This document shows positions 36,423-47,043 of a DNA stretch of 64,000 bases, one piece after another. This stretch comes from Alphaproteobacteria bacterium (lineage in GTDB: Bacteria; Pseudomonadota; Alphaproteobacteria; Micavibrionales; SZUA-601), in NCBI GenBank assembly GCA_965216395.1, contig OZ244156.1:1454674-1518673 (forward strand), given 5' to 3'. Below the pieces are notes generated by a model. The model made no database searches and had not been told where the DNA came from. It worked only from the letters and a program-made list of their open reading frames with translations. The position numbers were made by a program, and so were the translations under genes. Every line of letters starts with the position of its first letter. Position 1 is the stretch's first letter.

Positions 36423-37862
36423 ATGAAATATAAAAATGAATCTGTTATTTATGCCTTAGACCCTAAGAAGACAATCTGCGCTGAGCAGGCGTTCAAAATG
36501 CGTGTGAAAAAGCTGAAAAATGGCAAGAAGCAGTTTAATCTCCACTATTACACTATCAATCCGATCGAAGAAATTGAACAGGATGATGAACAAAACCTAG
36601 GATCGGTTATTGCTTTATTGCAAAGAAAAAGAGGTCATGGCGCCTATGCGAAGGCGATTGAAAAATACGAAGAATCCTATCAGTTTAAGCGCAATCGTGG
36701 ATTGAAAACGATTAATTCTAAAGCGCTGAAAATAACGGGTATATTTAATGAAAACGGCACTTTGATTAATACGGATATCGCCCTCGTGCAAAATTTTAGG
36801 GTTGAAAATATCACCAATGAATCGGTAACAGAGTATTTTTACAAACGCAAACTTCCCTCTCATTTAAAAAATCCGATGTTACTGGGTATGCGTGACTTTG
36901 TTAACGCTTTGGGGCGCAATGTTAAAAACAGCAGTCAATTAACGCAAGTTATCGGTGATGTCATGGCTTTGGTGGTTGGGGCGATTGCGGTGGAAAATCA
37001 GCTCCCCATGCTCTATCGCGAAAAAACAAAGAGAGGTGTTAATCGAACGACAGACCCCGAAGATATCAACCCAGAACAGGTCGAAGTGCGCATTGATGCA
37101 CCCCTAAGAAGTTTTGAAAAAGGGTTTAACTTTGTGCAATTTTACCGCTTTTTAACAGGGGGAGAGCTTCTTTCCACCCTTGTTGTTGAACGTGCCATGT
37201 TGGGTCTTGAAAAAATAAAAGACATCGCTAAAAAAATTAAATTATATAGACGCAGTATTCCCAAACCGATTCCACCTAACCGCGCCAATCACACATTTAA
37301 AAAAATTGGTGTGAACGCCTTTGTGGTCAACCAAATGGATATTTTTGAATTAATAGATGTTCATGCTCAGGCTGCTTTGTCACAAAAACAACTTGTTCAG
37401 CCTTTTTTCGATGCTTTAGAGAAAAAAAGACATGATCAATTTCTTGAAAAAATAAAAGATCAACCGACACAGTTTGAAGGATTATTTCAACGGGTCGCCT
37501 ATTTGGAAAAGGTCAAAGCTGTGGATCATGGTTTTCCACAAGAAAATTACCAAAAATTGTTTGAGACCCAACAAGAAATGATGAAAACTATGCGCGAAAA
37601 GAAAACGTCTGTTAATTATTTTATTGATGGTATTAAAGATGAAAAAATCAATAGCACTGCACTCAAAGGTATCATGGATAAAATGGATTCCAAACATATG
37701 AAGATCTCGGAAACGGTATTATTGCATACCGCGATTGAAGAGAATAAAAAATTATTTAGTAATAAACTCAAAAAGTTAGAGATATTAAATAAATTTCAGG
37801 ATGTTTTGGAAGTCTATAAAGATCAACATCTGGAACGACTTTATCCCGGTCTTAATGCATAA
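36423..37862 (+). CDS. Degenerate RNB domain-like protein, paralog of 35179-36369
   Basis: YALDPKKTICAEQAF, FNLHYYTIN, NSKALKITGIFNENG, LPMLYRE, RIDAPLRSF; helical C-terminal extension. Confidence 0.6.
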   Translation: MKYKNESVIYALDPKKTICAEQAFKMRVKKLKNGKKQFNLHYYTINPIEEIEQDDEQNLGSVIALLQRKRGHGAYAKAIEKYEESYQFKRNRGLKTINSKALKITGIFNENGTLINTDIALVQNFRVENITNESVTEYFYKRKLPSHLKNPMLLGMRDFVNALGRNVKNSSQLTQVIGDVMALVVGAIAVENQLPMLYREKTKRGVNRTTDPEDINPEQVEVRIDAPLRSFEKGFNFVQFYRFLTGGELLSTLVVERAMLGLEKIKDIAKKIKLYRRSIPKPIPPNRANHTFKKIGVNAFVVNQMDIFELIDVHAQAALSQKQLVQPFFDALEKKRHDQFLEKIKDQPTQFEGLFQRVAYLEKVKAVDHGFPQENYQKLFETQQEMMKTMREKKTSVNYFIDGIKDEKINSTALKGIMDKMDSKHMKISETVLLHTAIEENKKLFSNKLKKLEILNKFQDVLEVYKDQHLERLYPGLNA

Positions 37863-38041
37863 TATTTTCCCTTTGACTCTTGATAAAATATGGTCTATTA
37901 ACGTAAATGTAATAATAGTGTGATAGAATATAAACAATCACAACTGTTTTTCCTCTGTAAAAATTTTTCAAAGCAGTAAACCTTTAAAAAATCATCCTGA
38001 TTTTTATATTTTTTATCAATTTATATATGTGAAAATACCCC

Positions 38042-39319
38042 ATGACAAAACCCATGCACCTCAATGAACTCAAAGCTAAAAAACCGGCCGAACTCCTCAA
38101 ATTTGCTGAGGAAATTGGCGTTGAAAATGCCGCCGGTATGCGCAAACAGGAAATGCTTTTTTCCATCTTAAAAATCTTGGCTGAAGATGAACAAACCATT
38201 ATTGGTGAGGGCGTTTTAGAAGTGCTCAATGATGGTTTTGGTTTCTTACGTTCATCCGATCAAAATTACTTACCAGGGCCGGATGATATTTATATCAGCC
38301 CCAAGCAAATTCGCCAATTTTATTTGCGCACAGGGGACACGGTTGAAGGTGAAATTCGCGGGCCGAAAGATCATGAGAAATATTTTGCTTTGACGAAGGT
38401 TAAAACTATTAATTATGAAGAGGCGGACAAACTGAAACATCGGATTAATTTTGATAACCTCACCCCGCTTTATCCGACCGAAAAATTAAAATTAGAGGTG
38501 GAGAATGATCCCACTCAGAAAAAACCGGATTTAACACCACGCATTATTGAGATTGTGTCCCCGATTGGTAAGGGACAGCGTGCCTTGGTTACCGCGCCAC
38601 CACGCGCGGGTAAAACTGTGATGTTACAAACCATTGCCCATTCTGTGGCGGCTAATCACCCCGAAGCGTATTTGATTGTTCTGCTGATTGATGAGCGCCC
38701 CGAAGAAGTCACGGATATGAAACGCTCCGTCAAGGGCGAAGTGGTCTCATCCACTTTTGATGAACCGGCCACACGCCATGTTCAAGTGGCGGAAATGGTG
38801 ATCGAAAAAGCCAAACGTTTAGTTGAAATGAAACGTGATGTGATTATTTTGCTTGATTCCATTACCCGTTTAGCGCGCGCCTATAACACGGTTGTACCCA
38901 GTTCGGGTAAGGTTCTGACCGGTGGTGTTGATGCCAATGCTTTGCAACGCCCGAAACGTTTCTTTGGCGCGGCGCGTAATATCGAAGAAGGCGGATCGCT
39001 GACCATCGTGGCCACGGCGCTGATTGAAACAGGTAGCCGTATGGATGAGGTTATTTTTGAAGAATTTAAAGGTACGGGGAATTCGGAAATTGTTCTTGAT
39101 CGCAAACTTTCTGATAAACGTGTCTTCCCGGCCATTGATATTCAAAAATCGGGTACACGTAAGGAAGATGAATTGGTTGATAAAGGCACGCTTTCTAAAA
39201 TGTGGGTCTTACGTCGTATTCTTAACCCAATGGGGACAGTTGATGCGGCAGAATTCTTGATTGAAAAACTCCGTGTATCGAAAAATAACGATGACTTCTT
39301 CCAATCTATGAATCAGTAA
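38042..39319 (+). CDS. rho: Transcription termination factor Rho
   Basis: [60 protein letters not shown]. Confidence 0.99.
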   Translation: MTKPMHLNELKAKKPAELLKFAEEIGVENAAGMRKQEMLFSILKILAEDEQTIIGEGVLEVLNDGFGFLRSSDQNYLPGPDDIYISPKQIRQFYLRTGDTVEGEIRGPKDHEKYFALTKVKTINYEEADKLKHRINFDNLTPLYPTEKLKLEVENDPTQKKPDLTPRIIEIVSPIGKGQRALVTAPPRAGKTVMLQTIAHSVAANHPEAYLIVLLIDERPEEVTDMKRSVKGEVVSSTFDEPATRHVQVAEMVIEKAKRLVEMKRDVIILLDSITRLARAYNTVVPSSGKVLTGGVDANALQRPKRFFGAARNIEEGGSLTIVATALIETGSRMDEVIFEEFKGTGNSEIVLDRKLSDKRVFPAIDIQKSGTRKEDELVDKGTLSKMWVLRRILNPMGTVDAAEFLIEKLRVSKNNDDFFQSMNQ

Positions 39320-39324
39320 GGTTT

Positions 39325-39984
39325 TTATGCTTTATATGCTCGGACCATAAATCCAAGAGCGTCAATACCTTTTTGAAGATTAGTTTCCTTATTTGAAAAT
39401 ATATCGTTATTGGAACCAAAAAGATCATCATAAGTATTGATATCCATACCATATGTATTTTCAGGCTCCTCTCCTTTGCTTTCAATTTCATATATAATTG
39501 AATCATTTATATCGCATACTAAGTTTTGTTCAAAAAGATCACTGATCTCTACTTCTATATCGGCATCTTTTTCTATAAGAGTGTTTTCTTTTATTGCTAA
39601 ATTAGCATTCTTTATAAAGCTAAGTTGTTTTTCCAAATATTTTTCACCGAAGACACTAACAAGATGATTTAAAATATGAAAACAAAACTCTTCTACCTTT
39701 TCTTTATCAGCCTTTGGTAAATGAATATGAGAAAAATCTTTTGCTGTTTTTGTAAACTTTAAACGATTATAAATATAGGCTATGGATTCTAGAAATTCGG
39801 GGTCATCCTTTACATTCTTGTCATTCGCAAGAAATTCAATCTTCTCGTCACACATAACTATAAGTTTCGAGACATCTCTTACAAAGGATTTGGCTTTATC
39901 TAAAGCGGATAGTTTTGAATCTCTGTTATAAGATTTTTCATTAGAAAGCTGTTCTATTTCTTCTAAGCTTTTTTTTCCAGTCAT
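39325..39984 (-). CDS. Hypothetical protein
   Basis: 219-aa AT-rich ORF convergent on rho. Confidence 0.65.
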   Translation of the reverse strand: MTGKKSLEEIEQLSNEKSYNRDSKLSALDKAKSFVRDVSKLIVMCDEKIEFLANDKNVKDDPEFLESIAYIYNRLKFTKTAKDFSHIHLPKADKEKVEEFCFHILNHLVSVFGEKYLEKQLSFIKNANLAIKENTLIEKDADIEVEISDLFEQNLVCDINDSIIYEIESKGEEPENTYGMDINTYDDLFGSNNDIFSNKETNLQKGIDALGFMVRAYKA

Positions 39985-40089
39985 ACAATCGCATCCTTTT
40001 TTATTTTCCTTAATAACAGATTCAAATATGTTTGAAAAGAAAAATTTAAGGGGTTTGCAAATTTATGCTGAAGCGATAAAAATGAAGTC

Positions 40090-41418
40090 ATGGAAAAGAA
40101 GACAATTATTGCGCTGGCTTCGGGTCGTGGTGCGGCGGGTGTCGCGGTTTTACGGCTTTCAGGGCCACAAAGCGCTCACGTTTTAACGCAATTAACGGGG
40201 ATGAATAATTTTACGCCGCGCATGGCGATGCTTTATGAGTTTAAACACCCTAATACAGAAGTTTTATTGGACAAGGCTTTGGCGATTTATTTTCAAGGAC
40301 CCAATAGTTTTACCGGCGAAGATATTGTTGAATTGCATATCCACGGCGGACGCGCCATAATTGATTCGGTGATGGATGCGTGTTTATCCTGTGACGGGGT
40401 GCGTTTGGCTGAACCAGGGGAATATTCGAAACGTGCCTTTCTCAATGGGCGTATGGATTTGACAGAGGCCGAGGCCATTGCCGATCTGGTCGCGGCGGAA
40501 ACCACCTTACAAGCACAACAAGCTTTGTCCCAAATGCGGGGCGATTTACGTGATCTTTATCACGCTTGGGCGGAACGGATGACACATTCTTTGGCATATA
40601 TTGAGGCAGATATTGATTTTTCCGATGAAGAAATCCCCGAATCGCTTTCGCAAAAAATGCAACCCGTTTTAAAAGAGATTCACCAAGAAATCTCAGATCA
40701 TCTCAATGATAATAATCAAGGGGAGCGTTTGCGCGATGGGGTCGCCGTGGCGGTAATTGGTGCGCCCAATGCCGGAAAATCCAGCTTTATTAATTATATG
40801 GCCAAACGTGATGTGGCTATTGTCACCGATATTGCGGGAACCACCCGCGATATTTTAGAGGTTCATATGAATATTGCCGGTTATCCTGTCACCTTAATCG
40901 ATACGGCTGGCTTGCGCGACGACAGCGCAGACCCAATCGAGCAAGAAGGGATTGAACGCGCCCGTCAAAAAGCTCTTGAAGCGGATATCAAAATCATTCT
41001 TTTACCCAAAGATCAGACCCCCGATCCAAACTTGATTGAAATGATTGATGATAAAACCATTCTTTTGCTCAGTAAGGATGATTTAAGTGGGGAAGTCGCA
41101 TTTAAATTTGATGCTATGATTCCTATTTCAACAAAAACGGAATCAGGCTTTGATGTCTTTTTCTCTCATTTAGAAGAGAAATTGAAAAATATTTTTGATG
41201 TTTCACGTGAAACAATTCATTTGACCCGCAAACGTCACCGTGTCGCACTCGAAAACACTATTGAACACGTCAATCGCGCTTTACTAGCGGATAAAACCCC
41301 TGAATTAATTGCCGAAGATGTCCGTTTGGCGGTGCGTTCTTTAGGTCGTATCACAGGGCGGGTGGATGTTGAAGATTTATTGGATATAATCTTTCGTGAT
41401 TTTTGCATCGGGAAATGA
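40090..41418 (+). CDS. mnmE: tRNA modification GTPase MnmE
   Basis: GPNSFTGED, GAPNAGKSS, IAGTTRD, DTAGLR, FRDFCIGK. Confidence 0.98.
   Translation: MEKKTIIALASGRGAAGVAVLRLSGPQSAHVLTQLTGMNNFTPRMAMLYEFKHPNTEVLLDKALAIYFQGPNSFTGEDIVELHIHGGRAIIDSVMDACLSCDGVRLAEPGEYSKRAFLNGRMDLTEAEAIADLVAAETTLQAQQALSQMRGDLRDLYHAWAERMTHSLAYIEADIDFSDEEIPESLSQKMQPVLKEIHQEISDHLNDNNQGERLRDGVAVAVIGAPNAGKSSFINYMAKRDVAIVTDIAGTTRDILEVHMNIAGYPVTLIDTAGLRDDSADPIEQEGIERARQKALEADIKIILLPKDQTPDPNLIEMIDDKTILLLSKDDLSGEVAFKFDAMIPISTKTESGFDVFFSHLEEKLKNIFDVSRETIHLTRKRHRVALENTIEHVNRALLADKTPELIAEDVRLAVRSLGRITGRVDVEDLLDIIFRDFCIGK
41199..41214. other. parS site (perfect palindrome) inside mnmE
   Basis: TGTTTCACGTGAAACA, the consensus parS. 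Confidence 0.9.
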
Positions 41419-41453
41419 TTGACGAATAATCACCCATACTTATAGTATAAATT

Positions 41454-41687
41454 ATGTATAAAAAAGACGCTTGTATAAAACTAGAACATTTATTAGAAAA
41501 CAGCTTTGGTATTGTGACACTTAATCAGCTCTTAATCGAAAGTTTCCAAGAAACAGGGTATCTGATCTTTAAGCGTTATGAAGAAACAGTTCCTTTGACG
41601 GTTCTTTCCGAAAGTGTCCATAATCAAAAAGAGATCACAGAAAATATTGCTATTCATCAAAAAATGATCCCCATCTTTGGATTTTAG
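41454..41687 (+). CDS. Small hypothetical protein between mnmE and mnmG
   Basis: 77 aa; TTGACG-N18-TAGTAT directly upstream. Confidence 0.5.
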   Translation: MYKKDACIKLEHLLENSFGIVTLNQLLIESFQETGYLIFKRYEETVPLTVLSESVHNQKEITENIAIHQKMIPIFGF

Positions 41688-41753
41688 ATTTATTGACAAA
41701 AAGACCTTCCATCAGGTAGATATAAGGCTTGATTGATAAAGGAATCGCTTTAA

Positions 41754-43655
41754 ATGACTTTAAAACAAAATCATTATGATGTGATCGTTGTTGGTGGGGG
41801 CCATGCAGGAACCGAAGCCGCGGCCGCAGCGGCGCGTATGGGGGCAAAAACAGCGTTAATCACGCATGATATAGAAAAAATTGGTGTCATGTCATGCAAT
41901 CCGGCCATTGGTGGCTTGGGTAAGGGGCATTTGGTGCGTGAAATTGATGCGCTGGATGGGGTTATGGGGCGTGCGATTGATCGCGCAGGGATTCAATACC
42001 GAATGCTTAACGCGTCTAAAGGCCCGGCAGTGCGTGGCCCACGCGCGCAGGCAGACCGGGTGCTTTATCGCAATGCGGTTCAAGATATTTTACACGCCTA
42101 TGATGATTATTTAACGCTTTTAAATGGCGCGGTGGATGATTTAATTATCGAGAATGATACCGTTAAAGGCATCGTAACAGCCACAGGTGAAGTTATCCAC
42201 GCCAAATCTGTTGTTTTAACAACCGGCACCTTTTTACGCGGGATTTTACATCGCGGTGAAACCCAAGAAGCAGGGGGCCGTGTGGGTGAAAAACCGGCAA
42301 TTAAAATGGCAGAAACGATTGAAAAAATGGGTTTTCCTATGGGTCGATTAAAAACAGGGACACCACCACGTTTAGACGGGAAGACGATTGCTTGGGATCA
42401 GTGCCAAGAACAACCCGGTGATAACCCACCCCAACCATTTTCTTTTCTTAATAAAGACATATCTGTGCCACAGATCAGTTGTTACATCACATTCACCAAT
42501 AACGATACACACCAAATCATTCGCGATAATATTCACCGTTCGCCCATGTATTCGGGACAGATCGGTTCGGTGGGACCGCGATATTGCCCATCGATTGAGG
42601 ATAAAATTACCCGTTTTGCCGATAAAGATCGTCATCAAATTTTCCTTGAACCCGAAGGGCTTAATGACGACACGGTTTATCCCAATGGTATTTCAACATC
42701 ATTGCCCGTTGATGTCCAAGAAGCTCTTTTAAAAACGATACCGGGTTTAGAAAAGACCGTGATTTTAGAGCCTGGCTATGCGGTTGAATATGATTATGTT
42801 GATCCGCGTGCATTAAAAAACACGCTTGAAACTAAGAAAATTGCACATTTCTTTCTTGCTGGCCAGATTAATGGCACCACAGGTTACGAGGAAGCCGGCG
42901 CCCAAGGCTTAATCGCGGGTATTAATGCTGCTTTACAGGCATTAAATGACAATGTTTCACGTGAAACATTCACGATTGACCGGTCAGAGGGATATATGGG
43001 CGTTTTAGTCGATGATCTGATCACGCGTGGCGCGCCAGAGCCGTACCGTATGTTCACATCAAGGGCGGAATATCGTCTAATCCTGCGTGCCGATAATGCG
43101 GATCAACGTTTAACGCCCCACGGGATTGATATTGGATGCGTGGGTGAAGAACGGGCGCAGATTTTCAAGGCAAAAATGACGAATTTGAACCAAGCGCGCC
43201 AACGTGCAAAAGATTTAAACGAAACCCCAACAGTTTTAGCCAAAAAAGGTTTAAAAATTAATCAAGATGGCGTGCGCCGCACTATTCATGATTTGCTCCG
43301 TTATCCTGACATCACTTTAGCGGATATTATTCGCTTATGGCCAGAGATGGGTGCATTTAACGATGAAATTTTAGAACAAATTGAAATTGATGCGCAATAT
43401 TCTGGTTATATTGAGCGTCAAACAGCCGATATTATTGCGTTTCGCAAGGATGAGGCGTTAAAAATCCCACATGATTTGGATTATAGTCAAATCGGCTCAC
43501 TATCGAATGAGGTTAAGGCAAAGTTAGAAATGGCGCGCCCGGAAACTTTAGGCGCTGCGGCCCGTATTCCAGGTGTGACACCAGCAGCTGTGACATCCTT
43601 ATTGCGCTATGTGCGCCGAGATGGCACAGTGCCTAAAGAAAATCGTGTTTCATAA
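41754..43655 (+). CDS. mnmG: tRNA uridine-5-carboxymethylaminomethyl synthesis enzyme MnmG (GidA)
   Basis: [55 protein letters not shown]. Confidence 0.99.
   Translation: MTLKQNHYDVIVVGGGHAGTEAAAAAARMGAKTALITHDIEKIGVMSCNPAIGGLGKGHLVREIDALDGVMGRAIDRAGIQYRMLNASKGPAVRGPRAQADRVLYRNAVQDILHAYDDYLTLLNGAVDDLIIENDTVKGIVTATGEVIHAKSVVLTTGTFLRGILHRGETQEAGGRVGEKPAIKMAETIEKMGFPMGRLKTGTPPRLDGKTIAWDQCQEQPGDNPPQPFSFLNKDISVPQISCYITFTNNDTHQIIRDNIHRSPMYSGQIGSVGPRYCPSIEDKITRFADKDRHQIFLEPEGLNDDTVYPNGISTSLPVDVQEALLKTIPGLEKTVILEPGYAVEYDYVDPRALKNTLETKKIAHFFLAGQINGTTGYEEAGAQGLIAGINAALQALNDNVSRETFTIDRSEGYMGVLVDDLITRGAPEPYRMFTSRAEYRLILRADNADQRLTPHGIDIGCVGEERAQIFKAKMTNLNQARQRAKDLNETPTVLAKKGLKINQDGVRRTIHDLLRYPDITLADIIRLWPEMGAFNDEILEQIEIDAQYSGYIERQTADIIAFRKDEALKIPHDLDYSQIGSLSNEVKAKLEMARPETLGAAARIPGVTPAAVTSLLRYVRRDGTVPKENRVS
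42953..42968. other. parS site (perfect palindrome) inside mnmG
   Basis: TGTTTCACGTGAAACA. Confidence 0.9.
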
Positions 43656-43656
43656 G

Positions 43657-44265
43657 ATGTATGTTGTCCCTGAGATCTTAGAAAAAGATGTTTCACGTGA
43701 AACATTGGCGCAATTACAAGAGTATCATCAATTATTGCTGAAATGGCAGAAAAAGATTAATCTTATCAGTCCAAATACAGTATCAAATGCGTGGGAGAGG
43801 CATTTTGTCGATTCAATGCAAATTGCACAATATATTGAAAATAAAGATATTCAATTGGTCGATTTAGGCAGCGGCGCAGGTTTCCCCGGCCTGGTTTTAG
43901 CAATTATGGGGATAAAAGATGTTATTTTGGTTGAATCAGATCGCCGAAAAGTCATTTTTATGAAAGAAGTGGTTCGCCAGCTTCGTTTAAAAAATGTGAC
44001 AATTTACAATGACCGGATTGAAAATATTATTGATATCAAGGCGGATATGATTACCGCACGTGCTTTGGCATCTCTTAAACAATTGCTTGAATGGGTGAAA
44101 CCATTTTTAAAACCTAAGACACGGCTTATTTTTCCCAAAGGTCGCCATTTTGAGGATGAATTGGCAGAGCTTAACCTATCCAAAGAGGTCGATTTGCAGA
44201 TATTTGATAGTTTGACCGATCCCGAAGCAAAAATTATCTCGCTTGGTGGATTGTTCTTGAAATAA
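43657..44265 (+). CDS. rsmG: 16S rRNA (guanine527-N7) methyltransferase
   Basis: KWQKKINLIS, RHFVDS, DLGSGAGFPG, TARALA; start placed at ATG 43657. Confidence 0.96.
   Translation: MYVVPEILEKDVSRETLAQLQEYHQLLLKWQKKINLISPNTVSNAWERHFVDSMQIAQYIENKDIQLVDLGSGAGFPGLVLAIMGIKDVILVESDRRKVIFMKEVVRQLRLKNVTIYNDRIENIIDIKADMITARALASLKQLLEWVKPFLKPKTRLIFPKGRHFEDELAELNLSKEVDLQIFDSLTDPEAKIISLGGLFLK
43689..43704. other. parS site (perfect palindrome) inside rsmG
   Basis: TGTTTCACGTGAAACA. Confidence 0.9.
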
Positions 44266-44366
44266 GGATATTTAATTTGCTAAGCTGATCATGCTAAAGT
44301 TATATAATATACATTGTTTACTTATTATTTTTACTTCAATTTTAATTTACAAACGGGAGAAAACGT

Positions 44367-45230
44367 ATGAAACAGAGCCATGCTAAAAAATCTCAAGCCA
44401 CGTCTTTTTCTCGTTATGTTCCAAAGAGGCAAAAAAAAGACCGGAACTTTTCTGGGCGGATTTTTGTGACAGCGAATCAAAAAGGCGGGGTTGGTAAAAC
44501 CACAACCACCGTTAATTTAGCAACGGCGTTGGCGGCTGTGGGTAAGAAAGTTTTGGTGATTGATCTGGATCCGCAAGGCAACGCATCAACGGGTCTGGGC
44601 GTTGATCGCGGTGACCGTGATAATGGCACATATGAGTTGCTTTTTAACACAGCTGATTTATCCGATATCGCCCGTGAAACAAAGGTTCCAGGGCTTTATG
44701 TAGCGCCCTCATCGATTCATCTTTCGGGCGCAGAGGTTGAATTAGTAACGCAACAAAGACGAGAATATCGCCTTTATGATGCGATGGCGCGGGCGGAAGA
44801 ATTAAGTTATGACTATGTTTTGATCGATTGTCCACCATCACTTAATTTATTGACTTTGAATGCGCTGGTAGCCGCGGATGCAGTGGTGGTGCCCTTGCAG
44901 TGTGAATTTTACGCGCTGGAAGGTTTAAGCCAATTGGTGCGCACGATTGAGCGTATTAAAAAGATTTATAATCCACGTTTGGATATTCACGGTGTGTTAT
45001 TGACGATGTTTGATAAACGCAATAATTTATCCAATTCTGTGGCTAATGATGTGCGCGAATACTTTGGAGACAAAGTATATGATACGGTTATACCGCGTAA
45101 TGTCCGTATATCAGAAGCGCCAGGCTTTGGCTTACCTGCCATTGTTTATGATATGCAATGCAATGGTTCACAAGCCTATATTCATTTAGCGCGCGAAGTG
45201 CTTCATCGCGAAAGAAAGGTTGTATCATGA
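44367..45230 (+). CDS. parA: Chromosome partitioning ATPase ParA/Soj
   Basis: ANQKGGVGKTT, DLDPQGNASTG, IDCPPSL, IPRNVRISEAP. Confidence 0.97.
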   Translation: MKQSHAKKSQATSFSRYVPKRQKKDRNFSGRIFVTANQKGGVGKTTTTVNLATALAAVGKKVLVIDLDPQGNASTGLGVDRGDRDNGTYELLFNTADLSDIARETKVPGLYVAPSSIHLSGAEVELVTQQRREYRLYDAMARAEELSYDYVLIDCPPSLNLLTLNALVAADAVVVPLQCEFYALEGLSQLVRTIERIKKIYNPRLDIHGVLLTMFDKRNNLSNSVANDVREYFGDKVYDTVIPRNVRISEAPGFGLPAIVYDMQCNGSQAYIHLAREVLHRERKVVS

Positions 45231-46150
45231 TGCAAGAAAAACCAAAAAGCCGTTTAGGACGCGGTTTAGATGCTTTATTCGCAGAAGAGGAGGTTTATAC
45301 CCCCTCAGCCGTGGAAGGTAATTTTTCCAATAATCAACAAGAAAATAATCCAGCCAATGGATTAACCTTAATGCCGATTGAATTTATTCGCCCCGGTGCT
45401 TTTCAACCCCGACATTATTTTAATGAAGACGCGCTCAATGATTTGGCGCAATCCATTAAAGAACATGGTGTTTTACAACCCTTATTAATTCGTCCGATTA
45501 CAGATGAAGTAGATCAATTTGAAATTATTGCTGGGGAGCGTCGTTGGCGCGCCGCACAAAAAGCACAATTGCACGAAGTCCCCGTGATTATCCAAGAATT
45601 TAGTGACACGGCCGCGCTTGAAATTGGTTTGATTGAAAACTTACAACGGGAAGATTTAAACGCGATTGAAGAAGCATTGGGTTATCGCCGTTTGATTGAT
45701 CAATTTGAATATACGCAAGAAAAGCTGGCGGATAAAATTGGCAAAAGCCGTAGCTATGTGACCAACAGCTTGCGATTGCTAAAATTACCTGAAGATGTAC
45801 AAAAATTTGTAGAAGACCAAAAAATTTCGGTCGGTCATGCGCGCGCGCTAGTAGGGTCAAACGATCCGTCTGGACTATCACATCGCGTGATTAAAGAAGG
45901 CCTCTCTGTGCGCGATTTAGAGAGATTTTTGTCAAAATCATCATCGGATGATCAAAAAACACCCTCCAAAACTATTAAAAAACCATCATCAGGGAAAAAG
46001 CCAGTTGAAATTACGCGTTTAGAAGATGAAATGACGAATATCCTTGGGCTTAAGGTCACCATTGATGGCGCGGGACAAAAAGGTCAGGTTACGTTGCATT
46101 ATACCGATCTGGATCAGATGGATATGTTGTTAAGAAAACTGAGTCAGTAA
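45227..46150 (+). CDS. parB: Chromosome partitioning protein ParB
   Basis: LGRGLDALF, QPRHYF, IIAGERRWRAA, IENLQREDLN, GKSRSYVTNSLRLL. Confidence 0.97.
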   Translation: MMQEKPKSRLGRGLDALFAEEEVYTPSAVEGNFSNNQQENNPANGLTLMPIEFIRPGAFQPRHYFNEDALNDLAQSIKEHGVLQPLLIRPITDEVDQFEIIAGERRWRAAQKAQLHEVPVIIQEFSDTAALEIGLIENLQREDLNAIEEALGYRRLIDQFEYTQEKLADKIGKSRSYVTNSLRLLKLPEDVQKFVEDQKISVGHARALVGSNDPSGLSHRVIKEGLSVRDLERFLSKSSSDDQKTPSKTIKKPSSGKKPVEITRLEDEMTNILGLKVTIDGAGQKGQVTLHYTDLDQMDMLLRKLSQ

Positions 46151-46166
46151 ATGGGATTTAAATAAA

Positions 46167-46544
46167 ATGAAATTAGGCACTAAATCGCTTAGTATGAGAA
46201 AAACTCCTTATACAGAAAAACAGTATAGAAAAATTGCTCAACAGGCTTCTCTTCAAAGTGCCAAAATTAAGGCTAGGTTTGAGAGTTTGAAACCAAATCA
46301 TAATGACTTGAAAAAAGTTTATAATGATTATGATGGCCTGCCTAGTGTACTCAAATCAAAAAACAACGGTCATAAAAACCGGCGTCGGTTTCGCAAGCAA
46401 GCCCTTATTGCCTTAGGGATTATCGGTGTGGTGAGTGTGATTGCCTTTAAGGATAATATCGCAGATATTTTGGTATCTGAAAATTGTGAAAAACCTAAAC
46501 CTGTTCAAATGGATTTGGTCAAAGGCTGTCGGCCTTTTGAATAA
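46167..46544 (+). CDS. Hypothetical single-TM basic protein
   Basis: 125-aa ORF, one hydrophobic segment. Confidence 0.55.
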   Translation: MKLGTKSLSMRKTPYTEKQYRKIAQQASLQSAKIKARFESLKPNHNDLKKVYNDYDGLPSVLKSKNNGHKNRRRFRKQALIALGIIGVVSVIAFKDNIADILVSENCEKPKPVQMDLVKGCRPFE

Positions 46545-46553
46545 AATTTTCTT

Positions 46554-47042
46554 TTAGGATGCCAATTTTGGCGAATAAAAAAAGATCTTCTCCGAATCTT
46601 TGGCAATAATTGGGTTAAGGCATTCTTTATTATCGTCCAAAAAGACTTTTGTTTTCGTTTCAGCTGCAATTTCTTCAGTTTGAGAAGCGTTATTTTCAGA
46701 AAATATATCTTGTTTTGTATCAAGCGTATTATTGAACATTGCACCGCAATAGAGCAAAATCCCACAATTGAGACCGATATTTTTTGCCTTACTTTCTTCA
46801 AATCCGCAATATTTCGAGAGAAGGTCATTAAAAGTAATAAAAGTTGCTACACCCAAAAATGTGGATTTAAGGGTATTATAAAATGTCGGCATAACGGCTT
46901 TATCAAGATTTTCAACAGCCATATCCATCGTTTCAGCCGGGAGGGATAAATATCCCAAAGCGCATAGAGGGGCAACGGCAAAAGCAGTGCCTATACGCCA
47001 TTTTTGTTTTTTAGAAAATAAAGGTTCTTTTTTCTCTTCCAT
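46554..47042 (-). CDS. Hypothetical membrane protein
   Basis: 162 aa, three hydrophobic segments; 1 nt downstream of the 47044-47565 stop. Confidence 0.6.
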   Translation of the reverse strand: MEEKKEPLFSKKQKWRIGTAFAVAPLCALGYLSLPAETMDMAVENLDKAVMPTFYNTLKSTFLGVATFITFNDLLSKYCGFEESKAKNIGLNCGILLYCGAMFNNTLDTKQDIFSENNASQTEEIAAETKTKVFLDDNKECLNPIIAKDSEKIFFYSPKLAS

Positions 47043-47043
47043 G

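Noticed and set aside
41650-41847. Pro/His-rich antisense ORF at the start of mnmG
   Set aside because: Mirror of the Gly/Ala-rich FAD-binding motif codons of mnmG
43646-43661. Fourth parS site at the mnmG stop
   Set aside because: Only the left half-site (TGTTTCA) matches
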